A stretch of DNA of 64,000 nt from Candidatus Omnitrophota bacterium (GCA_028716965.1 JAQUOV010000005.1:7009-71008); one strand, 5' to 3'; numbered from the stretch's first letter, positions 29,684 to 38,342 are shown. A program made the numbers and translations. Notes: generated by a model from the sequence alone, not told the origin.

Positions 29684-31219
29684 ATGCTCAATCTGGCTTT
29701 CATCTTCCATATGCACCAACCGTATTACAAGAACCTCCTGACACAGGAGAGCGATCTGCCCTGGGTCAGGCTGCACGGGGTCAAGGATTACCTTGATATG
29801 GTGCAGATATTGGGAAAATTCCCCAAGATCAAACAAACCTTTAATGTCGTGCCGTCTTTATTTGAACAGGTAGAAGACTACAATAACGGCCTGGTAAAAG
29901 ACAAGTTCAGCGAACTGACCAAGAAACCTGCCAGCCAGCTATCTAAACAGGATAAAGACTTTATCCTGCAGAATTTCTTTTCCATAAATAGAGAGAGGGT
30001 CATCGCAACCTTCCCGCGTTATTATGAGCTTTACTTCAAGAAACAACGCCACCAGGAGTTCTCTAACCAGGATTACCTTGACCTGCAGCTTTACTTTAAC
30101 TTAGCCTGGATCGACCCTTCATTCCGGGAAGGTATCAGCGAACTAAAAAAAATTAGCGCCAAGGAAAGGTTCTTTAGCGAAGAAGACAAACATATTGTTT
30201 TAGAGCAGCAACTGCGCATATTAAAAGAGATCATCCCCGCATACCGGCTTTTTAAAGAAAACAACCAGATTGAAATAAGCGTTACCCCGTATTATCACCC
30301 GATACTGCCTTTATTATTCAATACCAACATCGCCAAAGAAGCGAACAAAAAAACGGTTTTGCCAAAAAAGGAGTTCAGCTACCCGCTTGACGCAAAAGAG
30401 CATATTGACAGCGCAATTGAATTTTATAAACAAAGGTTTAGCACAGCACCGGAAGGGATGTGGCCCTCGGAAGAAGCGGTAAGCGAACATATCCTGCCGT
30501 TTATCATTGCATCCGGGATAAAATGGATCGTTACCGACGAAGCGATACTATTTAAATCTTTGAAGATTAAAAAGCGCAATACTAAGCTGCTTTATCAACC
30601 GCACCTTTTAAAGAGGAAGGAAGGAGAGCTTAAAGTAGTCTTTCGCGACCGTAACCTTTCGGACCTAATCGGTTTTAATTACCACGGCATGAAGGAGCTT
30701 GACGCGGTAAACAACTTTATGGGGCATCTGGAAAATATCCATAAAGTATTCAAGGAGAGGGATATCCTGGTTACTATTGCCATGGACGGAGAAAACGCCT
30801 GGGAATTTTTCCGTAACGACGGACATGATTTCCTGGAATTATTTTATCAGCGTATCTCGGAAAGCGATTTTGTGAAAACAACAACCATCGGAGAATATCT
30901 GAAGCTTTACCCTCCAAAAAATGAAATCCAGCGTTTAAGCGCCGGCTCATGGATTTACGGAGAATTCGGTAAATGGATAGGTAATCCCAGCAAGGTAAAA
31001 TACTGGGAATGGCTGGCGGATGCCAGGAGAACATTGGGAAAATCCAAAGAACCGGTAAACCAGCTCGCCTGGAAACAAATGCATATTTTAGAGGGAAGCG
31101 ACTGGTTCTGGTGGGCCGGAGAAGACCCTGACGGCTCATTTGACCGCCTGTTCCGGCTGCACTTAGCGAATTTCTATAAATTGATCGGACAGAACGCGCC
31201 GGCATATCTAAACCCTTGA
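29684..31219 (+). CDS. Glycoside hydrolase family 57 protein (size and motifs consistent with GH57 alpha-glucan branching/processing enzyme)
   Basis: 511 aa. GH57 N-terminal signature LAFIFHMHQPYY and conserved VTPYYHPILPLL. Family assignment by motif only. Confidence 0.8.
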   Translation: MLNLAFIFHMHQPYYKNLLTQESDLPWVRLHGVKDYLDMVQILGKFPKIKQTFNVVPSLFEQVEDYNNGLVKDKFSELTKKPASQLSKQDKDFILQNFFSINRERVIATFPRYYELYFKKQRHQEFSNQDYLDLQLYFNLAWIDPSFREGISELKKISAKERFFSEEDKHIVLEQQLRILKEIIPAYRLFKENNQIEISVTPYYHPILPLLFNTNIAKEANKKTVLPKKEFSYPLDAKEHIDSAIEFYKQRFSTAPEGMWPSEEAVSEHILPFIIASGIKWIVTDEAILFKSLKIKKRNTKLLYQPHLLKRKEGELKVVFRDRNLSDLIGFNYHGMKELDAVNNFMGHLENIHKVFKERDILVTIAMDGENAWEFFRNDGHDFLELFYQRISESDFVKTTTIGEYLKLYPPKNEIQRLSAGSWIYGEFGKWIGNPSKVKYWEWLADARRTLGKSKEPVNQLAWKQMHILEGSDWFWWAGEDPDGSFDRLFRLHLANFYKLIGQNAPAYLNP

Positions 31220-31244
31220 CACAGCTTGGCTTTTGTGTTATAAA
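31216..31244 (+). promoter_or_regulatory. Candidate sigma-70 promoter TTGACA-17-TATAAA
   Basis: TTGACA overlaps the GH57 stop. TATAAAAT lies 17 nt downstream. Precedes the 31255 ORF. Confidence 0.4.
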
Positions 31245-31254
31245 ATAGATTCAA

Positions 31255-31827
31255 ATGGACAAGAAAGAAATCTACGAGCATCTGGCAAATATTTACCTGG
31301 ATGCCTCTTCTAAGTCTTCAAAGAAAAAACGCAAATCAAAGGCGTATCCGAAACCAATCCGCAATTTAATTCTCGTCGGTTTGCTGCTGGTTTTAGGCTT
31401 AGGCAGCGGTATTGCTTATTCCAACCTCAATTACCGCAATCATAACTCCCAGATCACTTTACTTTTATTCCAGGATAGCGCAAAATTAAATTTCAATTTT
31501 GACCCTGCTAAAAAAGAAACTTTCTCCCTGGACCTTAAACAGTTAACTCTCTCCAAATACAAGAGTTTAGCTTTTTCCTTAAGAAAAGATAACCCCAAAG
31601 CCAATTTTGCATTGAGGGTAGAATTCATTAACCGTTTCAACGAAAAGTCTGAGGTTTATATAAAAGATATTTCGGCTAAATGGAGAAATCACCAGATAGA
31701 TTTAAGCCGCTTTGCGAAAATCAATGACTGGGACCAGATGAAGACATTGTCCTTCAGTATTGAAGAATGGAACTCAAAAGAAAAATCCGGCATTCTTTAT
31801 ATAGATAACATCAAAGTAGTCAAGTAG
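31255..31827 (+). CDS. Hypothetical bitopic membrane protein: basic N-terminal tail, one TM, C-terminal beta-sandwich-like domain
   Basis: SSKSSKKKRKSKAYPKP basic segment. TM LILVGLLLVLGLGSGIAY. C-terminus ends ILYIDNIKVVK, reminiscent of carbohydrate-binding jelly-roll modules. Confidence 0.4.
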   Translation: MDKKEIYEHLANIYLDASSKSSKKKRKSKAYPKPIRNLILVGLLLVLGLGSGIAYSNLNYRNHNSQITLLLFQDSAKLNFNFDPAKKETFSLDLKQLTLSKYKSLAFSLRKDNPKANFALRVEFINRFNEKSEVYIKDISAKWRNHQIDLSRFAKINDWDQMKTLSFSIEEWNSKEKSGILYIDNIKVVK

Positions 31828-31894
31828 CGATAATAATTCTTATTTAACGCGATTCTTGCCGATAAGCAAGGATAAATTCCTAAGGAGGGAGCTC

Positions 31895-32986
31895 ATGCGT
31901 ATCATATCGATCGCTAATCAAAAAGGCGGTTGCGGTAAAACAACCACGTCCATAAATTTAGCGGCTGCTTTGGCAGCTAATAACCGCAGGGTCCTGCTAA
32001 TCGACCTTGACCCGCAGGCGCATGCTACAAGCGGCTTGAATATCAAAACAGAAGTAAGTATTTATAACGTGCTTTCCAAGATTACGCACAAGAAATGCCG
32101 GCTGGAAGAGATCATCCAGAACCTGGGCGAGAACCTTGATATCGCCCCGTCCAGCCTGGTCTTAAGCACCCTGGAGCAGGAACTAAGCGGCGAGATCGGC
32201 CGGGAAAGCCGCCTCTCAGAGATTATTAATGATTTCAGGAATAATTATGATTATATCCTGATCGATTGCCCGCCGAACCTTGGGATTTTGACAATTAATG
32301 CCATACGCTCATCCAGCGAGATTGTTATACCGGTTGAAGCCAGCAGATTTTCCCTGGAAGGGCTAAGCCAGTTAATCAGCATCGTAAACCTGGTCAAAGA
32401 AAGATTGGGCCACAACGTAGAGTTCCGCGTCCTGGTCACTAACTTTGATTCGCGCTTACAGCATTCTTTTAAAATGCTTGAGAAAATTAAAGCTGATTAC
32501 CGGAAGATGATGTTCTCCACCATCATCCATGTAAACGTAAAATTAAAAGAGGCGCAGAACGAGGGACTGAACGTATTTACTTATGACAAATACTGCCGGG
32601 GGGCAAAAGATTATTTCAGCCTTTCGCGCGAAATCATCACCCAGGAAAATCCGCCTTCCGGGCAGACCACGGAAAAAACACTGGAAAAACGCATGAATGA
32701 GATTTTAAAAGACACCCTGCCGAAATTAAATGAAATCACGCTTAAGGTTAACGCCCCGCAGGCAAAGGAAGTTTACGTGGCAGGTGAATTCAATAACTGG
32801 AAGCTGGATGAAAACAGCCGTATGGAACAAAATAACGGTTCCTGGAGTAAAAACATAAACCTTAAGAAGGGTAAATACCGCTATCGTTTTGTTATTGACG
32901 GTAACTGGTCCGAAGACCCGGACAACCCGCTGAAACAAGTGAATCCTTACGGCACCATGGATTCTCTGCTGGAAGTTAAAAAATGA
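31895..32986 (+). CDS. ParA/MinD-family ATPase fused to C-terminal CBM48 / AMPK-beta glycogen-binding domain
   Basis: Deviant Walker A (IANQKGGCGKTTTSINLAAAL). Walker B ILIDCPP. C-terminal ~85 aa (VYVAGEFNNWKLDE...GKYRYRFVIDGNWSEDPDNP) matches the AMPK1_CBM/CBM48 pattern. ATG at 31895 is preceded by TAAGGAGGG. The ORF-track TTG start at 31856 is less likely. Confidence 0.8.
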   Translation: MRIISIANQKGGCGKTTTSINLAAALAANNRRVLLIDLDPQAHATSGLNIKTEVSIYNVLSKITHKKCRLEEIIQNLGENLDIAPSSLVLSTLEQELSGEIGRESRLSEIINDFRNNYDYILIDCPPNLGILTINAIRSSSEIVIPVEASRFSLEGLSQLISIVNLVKERLGHNVEFRVLVTNFDSRLQHSFKMLEKIKADYRKMMFSTIIHVNVKLKEAQNEGLNVFTYDKYCRGAKDYFSLSREIITQENPPSGQTTEKTLEKRMNEILKDTLPKLNEITLKVNAPQAKEVYVAGEFNNWKLDENSRMEQNNGSWSKNINLKKGKYRYRFVIDGNWSEDPDNPLKQVNPYGTMDSLLEVKK

Positions 32987-33024
32987 AATTCTTGCACTGA
33001 AGTTAACGCAAGGTAAACAAACTT

Positions 33025-33351
33025 ATGACAAAACTAGAAGACGAGAATATAATCCGGGAAGGAAAGTTTTTCGCCATAATTTCATATGTTTCCTTTCTTT
33101 GTATAATCACCCTGATCCTTAAAAAAGACAACAGGTTCGCTCTTTACCATGCCAAACAGGGCCTGGTGCTTTTTGTGATGGAGGTTGCGGCTTTTATACT
33201 GTCAATTATACCTTTGCTGGGCTGGCTAATCGGGGTCTTCGGCTATGCCTTGTTCTTTCTGGTATCCATCTGGGGTATTATGCAGTCTGCTTTAGGGATA
33301 TACTGCCGCATACCGGCAGTAACCGAGATATCTGAAAAGGTAATCCTTTAA
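33025..33351 (+). CDS. Small integral membrane protein (DUF4870-like)
   Basis: 108 aa, about 3 TM helices. Motif ISYVSF...YHAKQGLVLF. Confidence 0.5.
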   Translation: MTKLEDENIIREGKFFAIISYVSFLCIITLILKKDNRFALYHAKQGLVLFVMEVAAFILSIIPLLGWLIGVFGYALFFLVSIWGIMQSALGIYCRIPAVTEISEKVIL

Positions 33352-33375
33352 GTCTTAACAAAAGGAGGTGTCGCT

Positions 33376-33864
33376 ATGGCTTTAAAAAAGAAGTTGAGCA
33401 CACGTAAGAATATAGCGAAATCCTTGCGCAAAGCGCAAGGGAAGAAAGTCAAAAAAGCGGCTAAGAAAATAGTAAAAAAGAGGGTAAAAAAGGCGTTAAA
33501 AAGGCGGCCGGCCAAGAGAAAGACACCTTCAAAAAAGCCGGTTTTAAAGAAAAGAAAGGCCTTAAAGAATAAAAAGCCACTATCAAAGAAACTCCCTAAG
33601 AAACTCCCTAAGAAACAGGAAGGTACTATTGTAGGTTTAATCACACACTATTTTCCGCACGTACAAGCTGCTGTAATCAAATTAAAAGCCCCTTTGACAA
33701 TGGGGGATACCGTCAAGATTAAAGGCCATACCACCGATTTTACACAAGTCATAACCTCAATGCAGTTAAACCATGCAGAGATCTCAAGCGCTAAAAAAGG
33801 TGATGAAATCGGCCTTCAGGTTAGCTCCAGGGTCAGACATAACGATAAAGTTTATAAAGTATAA
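33376..33864 (+). CDS. Histone-H1-like Lys/Ala-rich basic protein with C-terminal EF-Tu-domain-2-like beta-barrel
   Basis: N-terminal ~75 aa is K/A/P-rich (KKVKKAAKKIVKKRVKKALKRRPAKRK...). C-terminal ~80 aa (GHTTDFTQVITSMQLNHAEISSAKKGDEIGLQV) fits a translation-factor domain-II barrel pattern. RBS AAGGAGG. Confidence 0.55.
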   Translation: MALKKKLSTRKNIAKSLRKAQGKKVKKAAKKIVKKRVKKALKRRPAKRKTPSKKPVLKKRKALKNKKPLSKKLPKKLPKKQEGTIVGLITHYFPHVQAAVIKLKAPLTMGDTVKIKGHTTDFTQVITSMQLNHAEISSAKKGDEIGLQVSSRVRHNDKVYKV

Positions 33865-33867
33865 TTT

Positions 33868-33897
33868 TAGGGCCTGTTGAACACGCAACAGGCCCTA
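33868..33897. repeat. Perfect 12-bp inverted repeat hairpin with T-tract upstream and A-tract downstream (non-canonical orientation for a terminator)
   Basis: TAGGGCCTGTTG-AACACG-CAACAGGCCCTA. TTTT precedes and AAAAAA follows on the + strand. Confidence 0.5.
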
Positions 33898-33998
33898 AAA
33901 AATAGGCATTTATAAGTAAGTACTCGTAATAAATACCAATTGATTATAGGTAAGTACCCATAACAAACCTGGCGTTAAACGCAGGTAAAACTAGGTAA

Positions 33999-34340
33999 AT
34001 GCGGCCTCGAGGAAGACCAAGAAAATACAGAATAGTCAAAATAGACCCTAAAATCAGCCAATTCAGCCCAAGGGGCAGGCCAGGCAGGCCTGATGAGGTA
34101 GAACTCAAGATTGACGAATTTGAGGCCTTAAGACTGGCTGACTACCAGGGGCTGGCGCAGAAAGAAGCAGCCAAATCTATGCGTATATCCCAACAAACAT
34201 TTAGCCGGATCCTTAGAAGGGCGCATAAGCTAATCGCCCAGGGGATAACTACAGGATCACTAATTAGGATACAAGGCGGCCAATATATAATAAGCACTCG
34301 CCAGCAGGAGCCCGGAACCGGGGAGACCCCAAAAACCTAA
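33999..34340 (+). CDS. DUF134/UPF0251-family predicted DNA-binding protein (sigma-70 region-4-like HTH)
   Basis: N-terminal RGRPRKYR and PRGRPGRP repeats. HTH-like segment (LAQKEAAKSMRISQQTFSRILRRAHKLIAQGI). Confidence 0.6.
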   Translation: MRPRGRPRKYRIVKIDPKISQFSPRGRPGRPDEVELKIDEFEALRLADYQGLAQKEAAKSMRISQQTFSRILRRAHKLIAQGITTGSLIRIQGGQYIISTRQQEPGTGETPKT

Positions 34341-34635
34341 TCTAATCTTGAATTAAAACATTAAAATCAGGCAGTTTTGTTGGCATTCTTTGGTCTGATT
34401 TGCTCTATTCTGCTGCTGGTGGTACTTCCTATAATATATCTTATGTTAACTTATCAATCTTGCGTAAGTGTGTATAAGCCTATGGGGGACAACAGTTTGT
34501 TTAGAGGTGTTTTTAACTTGTGGAAAAGGCATTTCTTCTTTACTTAAACTTACCGCTATTCTTTAAGCTTAGCAGTTTGACGAAAATAATCATATAAAGG
34601 CCACTGGATTTTTTGCGTTTAATTGATTATTTATT

Positions 34636-35748
34636 TTAGCGAGTAAAAGCGGTAATTGCGGGGTAAATTACCCCCTCTCCAAAGCGATTATTTATGCGGT
34701 CCAGGGCCTTTATAAGACCCTCCCTGCGGATTTCTTCCTTAAGTAAAGGCTGGTGGTAGATATCCCTGGAAAGGTTGCCACAAGCAACCCCAATTGCCCT
34801 GATTTTGGGGCTTTTCGGCCCTAACTTAGCCATTATTTTGAGGGCTCTTTGGCAAATCTCATAACCATCATTAGTTTGTGCCTGGCAGGTTTTTTGGGCC
34901 CCAAAACTGCCGATTTCCGGACCATCCAGCCAAAGATGCACAGTTTGACTGACTAAATCCTGCTGCCTGAGCCTTACAGCAACCATTTCAGACAATAGCC
35001 TGATCCAGGCTCGGACAACCTGGGGGTTTAACTCAACCTTAGGCAGGGTATACGAATGGCTCATTGACTTGGGCATTTCATTAGACTTACCGCTATTTTC
35101 ATCAAACTTACCGGCATTATTATCAAAAAATCCCGGTAAGTTCAGGTATAAATCCCAGCATGTTCTTAACCCTTTAGCCATTAGGCTTTGTCCGTCTTTG
35201 CCACCCATACCACAGAGTTTATCCAGGCTGACCTTGCGCAAAGTTTGTTCAAAGTTTGAATCGTCAATTACAGTCAGCCCATCCGGCTTATTTATCTTGG
35301 AAGCCAGTTTGCTCAACAGCCAATTCCTGGCTATACCTACTGATGCGGTAATGTTAAAGTTTGCATATATCTGCGCCTTAATTTCTTTACCCAAACTTAC
35401 CGCCTTTTGATCCGGGTAAGCAGAAATATCCAGCTGAAATTCATCAATTGAGGCATAATTTAATGGCAAGTTATACCCCTTAAGCAGCTCAAAGATCTGC
35501 TCCGAAGTCCATATATATTTAGACTGATCAGCCGGTACAAACTCCAACTTATAGTAAATACTATAAGCTCTTTTGGTGGGCATTCCGGAATGGATACCTA
35601 AGGCCTTAGCCGCATAATTTGCCGCGCAGACTACTGTGTGCATCCTGTTTCCGCGTGAGCCGACAATCAGAGGCTTGCCTTTAAGCCTGGGGTTGATTGC
35701 CTCTTCAATTGAGGCGAAAAAAGCATCCATATCAATATGCAGAACCAT
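34636..35748 (-). CDS. dinB: DNA polymerase IV (Y-family translesion polymerase)
   Basis: Start chosen at MVLHIDMDAFFASIEE (ATG at 35748). Y-family motifs throughout. Last gene of the lexA operon. Confidence 0.85.
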   Translation of the reverse strand: MVLHIDMDAFFASIEEAINPRLKGKPLIVGSRGNRMHTVVCAANYAAKALGIHSGMPTKRAYSIYYKLEFVPADQSKYIWTSEQIFELLKGYNLPLNYASIDEFQLDISAYPDQKAVSLGKEIKAQIYANFNITASVGIARNWLLSKLASKINKPDGLTVIDDSNFEQTLRKVSLDKLCGMGGKDGQSLMAKGLRTCWDLYLNLPGFFDNNAGKFDENSGKSNEMPKSMSHSYTLPKVELNPQVVRAWIRLLSEMVAVRLRQQDLVSQTVHLWLDGPEIGSFGAQKTCQAQTNDGYEICQRALKIMAKLGPKSPKIRAIGVACGNLSRDIYHQPLLKEEIRREGLIKALDRINNRFGEGVIYPAITAFTR

Positions 35749-35819
35749 GCTTGATTTCTTTCTACTCCCGCTTACGCGGGATCTCACCCTGAATCAAACC
35801 TTAAGAGGTGCTCGAATTT

Positions 35820-36128
35820 TTATTGTATGAGTTTGTCAATCTGCCAGCGGAAGGTGGAATTATTAAAAGATATCTGATACATTTGGCCGGCACTTAGTAC
35901 GGAAAAATAATTAATTAATGCCTGGCCGATATACTCCTGCCAATTATAGGTAATGGTTTCAACCTGATATTCCTTATTATGCCAGCTAAAGCTTTTAGGG
36001 AATATCCTGGCGTGCTTAAAAAGCGCCAAAACTTCAATGCGCTCATTTAGGCAGTCCGGGTTAAAGCCGGCTTTGTCCGGCTCAAACCTGTCCCAGCGCG
36101 CCTTGGGGCTAAAACTGTTCTGATTCAT
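35820..36128 (-). CDS. Hypothetical protein encoded between lexA and dinB
   Basis: 102 aa. No recognisable motif. Sits inside the putative SOS operon. Confidence 0.4.
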   Translation of the reverse strand: MNQNSFSPKARWDRFEPDKAGFNPDCLNERIEVLALFKHARIFPKSFSWHNKEYQVETITYNWQEYIGQALINYFSVLSAGQMYQISFNNSTFRWQIDKLIQ

Positions 36129-36147
36129 AATACTTACCTACTGCTGT

Positions 36148-36750
36148 TTAATATTTTCTGATTACTGTAATAAGCTTGCCGATAACCTTAAACTCTTCGA
36201 AAATCGGCGGGTAATTGTTATTGGCAGCTTCCAGGTGGAACTTACCGGATTTACTACGCAGTCTTTTTAAAGTAACTTCATTATTATCTAATAGCGCGGC
36301 AACTATATCATTATTATCGGCATTGGGGCGTTTCTTGATCACAGCAATATCACCCTCAAGGATGCCGGCATCAATCATACTGTCGCCTTTAACCCTTAGG
36401 GCAAAAACATCATCAAAGCCCAAACGGCCAAGGAACAGATCATCGGCATCAACATAACCCTGAATCTCCTCATAAGCCAAACCCGGTTTACCAGCCATAA
36501 TGGTACCAATTATAGGTATTTTAAAGCTGGCGCGTTCAGTTAACTCGATTGCCCTGGATTTATTATTCATTCTCCTCACCAAGCCTTTCTGCATTAAAGC
36601 CTTTAAATAGTCCCTTACTGTTCCGGTAGATTTAAACCCCAGCTCCTCTCCTATCTCACGGATTGTAGGAGGGAGCCTCTCCCCTACCCGTCTCCGGATA
36701 AAATCAAGCACCTTCTCCTGCTTTGGTGTCAAATACGGTTTCTTTTCCAT
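36148..36750 (-). CDS. lexA: LexA repressor (S24 peptidase)
   Basis: Start chosen at MEKKPYLTPKQ (ATG at 36750). N-terminal winged HTH. Cleavage-site region AGKPG. Catalytic S/K region VKGDSMIDAGILEGDIAVI. Confidence 0.85.
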   Translation of the reverse strand: MEKKPYLTPKQEKVLDFIRRRVGERLPPTIREIGEELGFKSTGTVRDYLKALMQKGLVRRMNNKSRAIELTERASFKIPIIGTIMAGKPGLAYEEIQGYVDADDLFLGRLGFDDVFALRVKGDSMIDAGILEGDIAVIKKRPNADNNDIVAALLDNNEVTLKRLRSKSGKFHLEAANNNYPPIFEEFKVIGKLITVIRKY

Positions 36751-36757
36751 GCCTTTA

Positions 36758-36787
36758 CGTATACCACACATTTGTGTGGTTTGTCAA
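36758..36787 (-). promoter_or_regulatory. lexA promoter with embedded 18-bp perfect palindrome ACCACACATTTGTGTGGT (36763-36780) - candidate LexA operator
   Basis: On the minus strand: TTGACA, an 18-nt spacer that is the palindrome, then an extended -10 (TGgTATACG), then the ATG. Operator location is typical for autoregulated lexA. Confidence 0.5.
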
Positions 36788-36818
36788 GAAAAAAAATAAA
36801 TAGAATCAATTTAAGAAA

Positions 36819-37016
36819 TTACCCTTTCCTGGTCTTTATAAAATACCCTACTGACCGGTTATAGGCCCGCTCGGCTTTCGTGTCAAAGTAACATGCCGGC
36901 AATTCATTGTTTGAACGATGATAAGCAAGGCATGCGCAACATATACCATGCCTGGGGCAACCGGCATAGCTGCAGTTACAGATCAAATCATTTTTCTTTT
37001 TATTCAAACAATCCAC
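36819..37016 (-). CDS. Small cysteine-rich protein (Cys-rich small-domain-like)
   Basis: 65 aa with CNCSYAGCPRHGICCACLAYH cluster. Confidence 0.4.
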   Translation of the reverse strand: MDCLNKKKNDLICNCSYAGCPRHGICCACLAYHRSNNELPACYFDTKAERAYNRSVGYFIKTRKG

Positions 37017-37081
37017 TTTGGGATCCTTTAAAGCATGTCTTTGCAGCAGACTAACGTCTTAGGATTTACCGATAGAATCTT

Positions 37082-37507
37082 CTATTCCCCAATTATCTGC
37101 AGGATAATTTCACGTTCCCTGGGACGGTTATCAAAATCTGCCAAAACTACCTGCTGCCATGTACCAAGCAACAGCCTCCCATTATCAAAAGGAACGCTCA
37201 ATGAAGGCCCCTGCAAAGCTGCCCTTAGGTGGCTAAAACCATTGGCATCGTTCCAGGTATCATCGTGCTTATAATGTTTGCTCTTAGGGATAAGTTTTTC
37301 ATATAATTCCTGCATATCCTCTATTACGCCTGGCTCATATTCAAAGGTAGTAATCGCTGCGGTGGAACCAACCACAAAAACAGTAAGATTACCTCTTTTA
37401 AGCCCGGTTGATTTAAGGACGCTCTTGATCTTTTCCGTGATATTCACTAAATCAGGGTTACCTTGGGTCTTCAGGGTAATTTTTTCATTTATGATCTTCA
37501 TAATCAT
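37082..37507 (-). CDS. YjbQ/UPF0047-family protein (secondary thiamine-phosphate synthase-like)
   Basis: 141 aa. Family-typical NITEKIKSV...TAAITTFEYEPG...SVPFDNGRLLLGTWQQVVLADFD. Confidence 0.75.
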   Translation of the reverse strand: MIMKIINEKITLKTQGNPDLVNITEKIKSVLKSTGLKRGNLTVFVVGSTAAITTFEYEPGVIEDMQELYEKLIPKSKHYKHDDTWNDANGFSHLRAALQGPSLSVPFDNGRLLLGTWQQVVLADFDNRPREREIILQIIGE

Positions 37508-37622
37508 TAAATTAGTTAGAGGTACCGCTGAAAATAATAAAAAGGATGCTTGTCGCTATGACCAAAACAATTACCAGAAAGTGAAAGAAATATTTATGCT
37601 TTATAATCCTTTCGATCATTAT

Positions 37623-38342
37623 TTATTCTCCTTCCGGGCAAACATTTTTCCGGATATCCCCTAATTTCCCGAAACAAACAAGGCTGTCGCCTGAGATAAT
37701 CTTAGTCTCCAGGGAAGGATTAGGAGTTATAGCTCCTCCCCTTTCTACCGCCAGGACCAGGATATTGAACCTGGACAAATCCGCCTCCCTTAAGCTCTTA
37801 TTTAAAATCGGGCTTTCTTTACAAACCTCGATCCTGGAAACACCGTAGCCGCCGGTTGCTACAACAAGTTCCTCAAAAGAAACTGATTTAATAATCTCAT
37901 TTTTAATTATATGCGCCCTTATAAGATCGGTTAATTTTACGGCAAACTTCGAATTGACTAGAACCCTGTATATTACATATATGCCCAGGATGATGATTAC
38001 CAGGTTTGCCCAGGGCAGCAGATAACTGGGAACGATTGAGTTGATAAAAGGGATCCTGTATATGTTGACAAAATCTGTGCGCAAGGAATTGGCAAAGGTG
38101 GCAATTAAGGTTACAAAACCGGCGTGGCCCAAAATAATAAGGATAGAAGCTATCTTTCTCCTCTGGGGATTACTGGTTACCAGTTCGGACTCACGGGTAG
38201 TGAACCCTGTTCCCGTGAAGCAAGACAATGCCTGGAATGTTGCCAGGGGCCAAGGAAGCCCGGTTAATTGGAATGCAATAGCCCCGATCCTGACCGTAAT
38301 AAAAGATACGCCAATGACAATAAGGAACAACAATAAATTCAT
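37623..38342 (-). CDS. Membrane protein with C-terminal TrkA-C (RCK_C) domain; possible ion-channel-like N-terminus
   Basis: N-terminal TM helices with FTGTGFTT pore-like segment. C-terminal RCK_C pattern (GKSLREADL...ILVLAVERGG...ISGDSLVCFG). Confidence 0.45.
   Translation of the reverse strand: MNLLLFLIVIGVSFITVRIGAIAFQLTGLPWPLATFQALSCFTGTGFTTRESELVTSNPQRRKIASILIILGHAGFVTLIATFANSLRTDFVNIYRIPFINSIVPSYLLPWANLVIIILGIYVIYRVLVNSKFAVKLTDLIRAHIIKNEIIKSVSFEELVVATGGYGVSRIEVCKESPILNKSLREADLSRFNILVLAVERGGAITPNPSLETKIISGDSLVCFGKLGDIRKNVCPEGE

Noticed and set aside
33348-33644. 98-aa F/L-rich minus-strand ORF
   Set aside because: Mirror image of the AAA/AAG-rich Lys-coding strand of the H1-like gene.
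36751-36771. ORF-track lexA start MCGIRKG at 36771
   Set aside because: That start lies inside the operator palindrome and the -10 element. The downstream ATG at 36750 (MEKKPYL) matches LexA N-termini and the promoter geometry.
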